A DNA stretch of 64,000 nt, taken from the NCBI GenBank assembly GCA_947627735.1, contig CANQXG010000001.1:80406-144405 (forward strand), written 5' to 3'. Positions within the stretch are counted from its first letter, which is position 1. Each line of letters begins with the position of its first letter. This DNA comes from an uncultured Oscillospiraceae bacterium. GTDB lineage: Bacteria; Bacillota; Clostridia; Oscillospirales; Oscillospiraceae. Positions 62,499 to 64,000 of this stretch are shown here, piece after piece. Below the pieces are notes generated by a model. It worked only from the letters and a program-made list of their open reading frames with translations, made no database searches and had not been told where the DNA came from. A program made the translations under genes and the position numbers.

Positions 62499-63419
62499 TT
62501 ATGTAAGATCGGCGAACAGGTCCGCCTGATAGACCCCCGCCTCCACCATGGCCCGGATGGCCTCCGCCACAGGCCGCCGGTCGGCGGGATAGGTGATGCC
62601 GTACCACTGCCCCTCCGTGGGCAGGACCTTCACCCGGGCCTTTTTCGCCCGGACCAGCCTGCCGATGATGTCCGGCAGCAGATACTCGTCCTTCACCGGG
62701 TCGGCCAGGCCCTCCCGGAACGCCCGGAAGCCCCCGTCCAGCAGTCCGACGAACTGGGGCGTGAGCATCCACAGGTTCATGGACACCAGGCTGTCCCCGT
62801 CCAGCAGCCGCAGCGCCCCGTCCGGCCGGCGCACGGCGGCGCCCCCCGGGACCTTGATGATGTTGCGTGTCTCCGCCACGTCGGTCAGATATCCCGCCCC
62901 GTCGGTGGCGCACAGGCCGCGGGTCACGCCCCCCTCCTCGGAGAGGGTGTTTTTCAGCACGAACCCCACCATGCCGTAATCGGCGCCGTCCTCCGGCCTG
63001 TGCCCGGCCAGGAAGGCGTACGCCTTGGCCATGGCGTCCTTGCCGTAATAGTCGTCGGCGTTGATGACGGCGAAGGGGCCGCGGATGAGTTCGGCGCAGG
63101 CCAAAACGGCCTGGCCGGTACCCCAGGGCTTGGTCCTGCCCGCCGGCAGGTCCTCGGTGCTCTGGAAGGCATAGTCCCAGGATATGCCCAAGGCCCGGAA
63201 CCGGGCCTCCAGGCGGCTGCCGGCGACCTCCATGAAGTCGTCGTAGATGTCCCGCCGGACGATGAACACCACCCGGTCGAACCCCGCCTCGATGGCGTCA
63301 TGGACGGAATAGTCCATGATGATCTCCCCGGAAGGACCCACCCGTTCCAGCTGCTTTACGGTGGCGCCGTAGCGGGAGCCGATCCCCGCCGCCAGCACCA
63401 CCAGCGTGATCTCACTCAT
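62499..63419 (-). CDS. sugar-phosphate nucleotidyltransferase family protein (306 aa)
   Basis: N-terminal LVVLAAGIGSRYG (GxGxR NTP-binding loop), KPWGTGQAV and INADDYYG. The ATG at 63419 follows GGGGGAG. Confidence 0.75.
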   Translation of the reverse strand: MSEITLVVLAAGIGSRYGATVKQLERVGPSGEIIMDYSVHDAIEAGFDRVVFIVRRDIYDDFMEVAGSRLEARFRALGISWDYAFQSTEDLPAGRTKPWGTGQAVLACAELIRGPFAVINADDYYGKDAMAKAYAFLAGHRPEDGADYGMVGFVLKNTLSEEGGVTRGLCATDGAGYLTDVAETRNIIKVPGGAAVRRPDGALRLLDGDSLVSMNLWMLTPQFVGLLDGGFRAFREGLADPVKDEYLLPDIIGRLVRAKKARVKVLPTEGQWYGITYPADRRPVAEAIRAMVEAGVYQADLFADLT

Positions 63420-63455
63420 TCGATGCTCCCCCATCTGATGCGTGTCTGTTTTGCT

Positions 63456-63484
63456 ATTATACTACTGATTGGGGACCCTGACAA
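63456..63484 (-). promoter_or_regulatory. putative sigma-A promoter of the nucleotidyltransferase gene
   Basis: On the minus strand: TTGTCA, a 17-nt spacer and TATAAT. Confidence 0.6.
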
Positions 63485-63563
63485 GGCGTTCCCGGGACAA
63501 AAAAGATTAAAATATTATTAATATTCCTTATGCCGGACCGTTTTCCGGTTGCGATATATATTC

Positions 63564-63592
63564 TTGACAGTTTCCCCGCCGGCTCGTATAAT
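63564..63592 (+). promoter_or_regulatory. sigma-A type promoter of the downstream sensor gene
   Basis: Perfect TTGACA, a 17-nt spacer and TATAAT. Confidence 0.7.
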
Positions 63593-63661
63593 TTGCTTGT
63601 TATTTGATCCGTTTTTTGCAGTCGGCCCGGGCACATCGGGCTTTCTGACGGAGGGATGCAT

Positions 63662-64000
63662 ATGCTCCACCGGACGATAACGGGCGCTCTCGCCTTCATA
63701 ATGGCCGCCCTGCTCCTGCTGAGCGCGGCCCCCGCCGCCCTGGCCGCCCCGGGGCAGACGGAGCTGGACCTGACGGAGGATGAACAGACCTATCTGGACA
63801 GCGCCGGCACCCTGCGGGTGGGATATGTCCAGGACCGGACCCCGGTGTCCTTCACCGGCGCGGACGGCACCCTGGCCGGGATATCCCGGTACATATTCGA
63901 CCACATCCAGCGCGCGACGGGTCTGACATTCGAATACGTGCCCCTGCCCTCCGGGCCGGTCACCTACGACTACCTGATGGAGCAGCAGCTTGACCTGGTC
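63662..64000 (+). CDS. signal-peptide protein with periplasmic solute-binding (SBP_bac_3-like) sensor domain, N-terminal fragment (3' end outside the window)
   Basis: Hand translation: MLHRTITGALAFIMAALLLLSAAPAALAAPGQTELDLTEDEQTYLDSAGTLRVGYVQDRTPVSF... GGAGGG RBS. The frame stays open to the window end. This is a typical N-terminus of sensor kinases or diguanylate cyclases. Confidence 0.6.
   Translation, partial: MLHRTITGALAFIMAALLLLSAAPAALAAPGQTELDLTEDEQTYLDSAGTLRVGYVQDRTPVSFTGADGTLAGISRYIFDHIQRATGLTFEYVPLPSGPVTYDYLMEQQLDLV

Overview
High-GC (~63-65%) chromosomal segment from a spore-forming Firmicute. Gene content and repeat style suggest Clostridia, possibly an Oscillospiraceae / Flavonifractor-like genome, but that placement is inference only. 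I saw no integrase, transposase, phage gene, CRISPR array or rRNA.

Layout from left to right:
- A tRNA-Met/Val/Glu operon behind a consensus promoter, then a LysR regulator divergent from a CotF-type spore-coat gene pair.
- Minus strand: proB-proA plus an alpha/beta hydrolase, an M23 peptidase, the glycolytic block pgk-tpiA-gpmI-eno, and trmL.
- Plus strand: a GT2 glycosyltransferase, a polar amino-acid ABC importer and a LivJHMGF-type branched-chain amino-acid importer.
- Minus-strand operon: CLC(F-type)-VOC-ATP-grasp-esterase.
- A stand-alone E2-acyltransferase-like gene.
- A long translationally coupled minus-strand array (about 25.3-45.0 kb): spoIIIAA-AH, asp23, nusB, xseA, xseB, ispA, an inserted LRR surface protein, dxs, tlyA, nadK, argR, recN and tyrS, followed by a COG2984-type ABC importer.
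- Plus strand: a heterodimeric ABC exporter and a UDG-DUF2156-GNAT block.
- An 850-aa EF-G/TetM-like GTPase fused to a Rae1/YacP NYN RNase domain.
- A GyrI-like / C-N hydrolase / YlmH-like S4 block bracketed by palindromic repeat elements.
- spoVAD-spoVAE, an MFS transporter, and a barnase-like RNase with a barstar-Nudix fusion plus a GNAT.
- DUF4097 and nucleotidyltransferase genes, and the start of a sensor protein.

The loci most worth follow-up:
1. The GTPase-NYN fusion and its terminator-containing leader.
2. The barnase / barstar-Nudix pair.
3. The VOC / ATP-grasp / esterase-D-like operon.
4. The nested palindromic repeat family.

Many long ORFs in the track are GC-driven shadow frames opposite real genes and were ignored. 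Start codons were chosen from ORF-track arithmetic plus RBS inspection. All family calls come from my reading of motifs, not from database searches.
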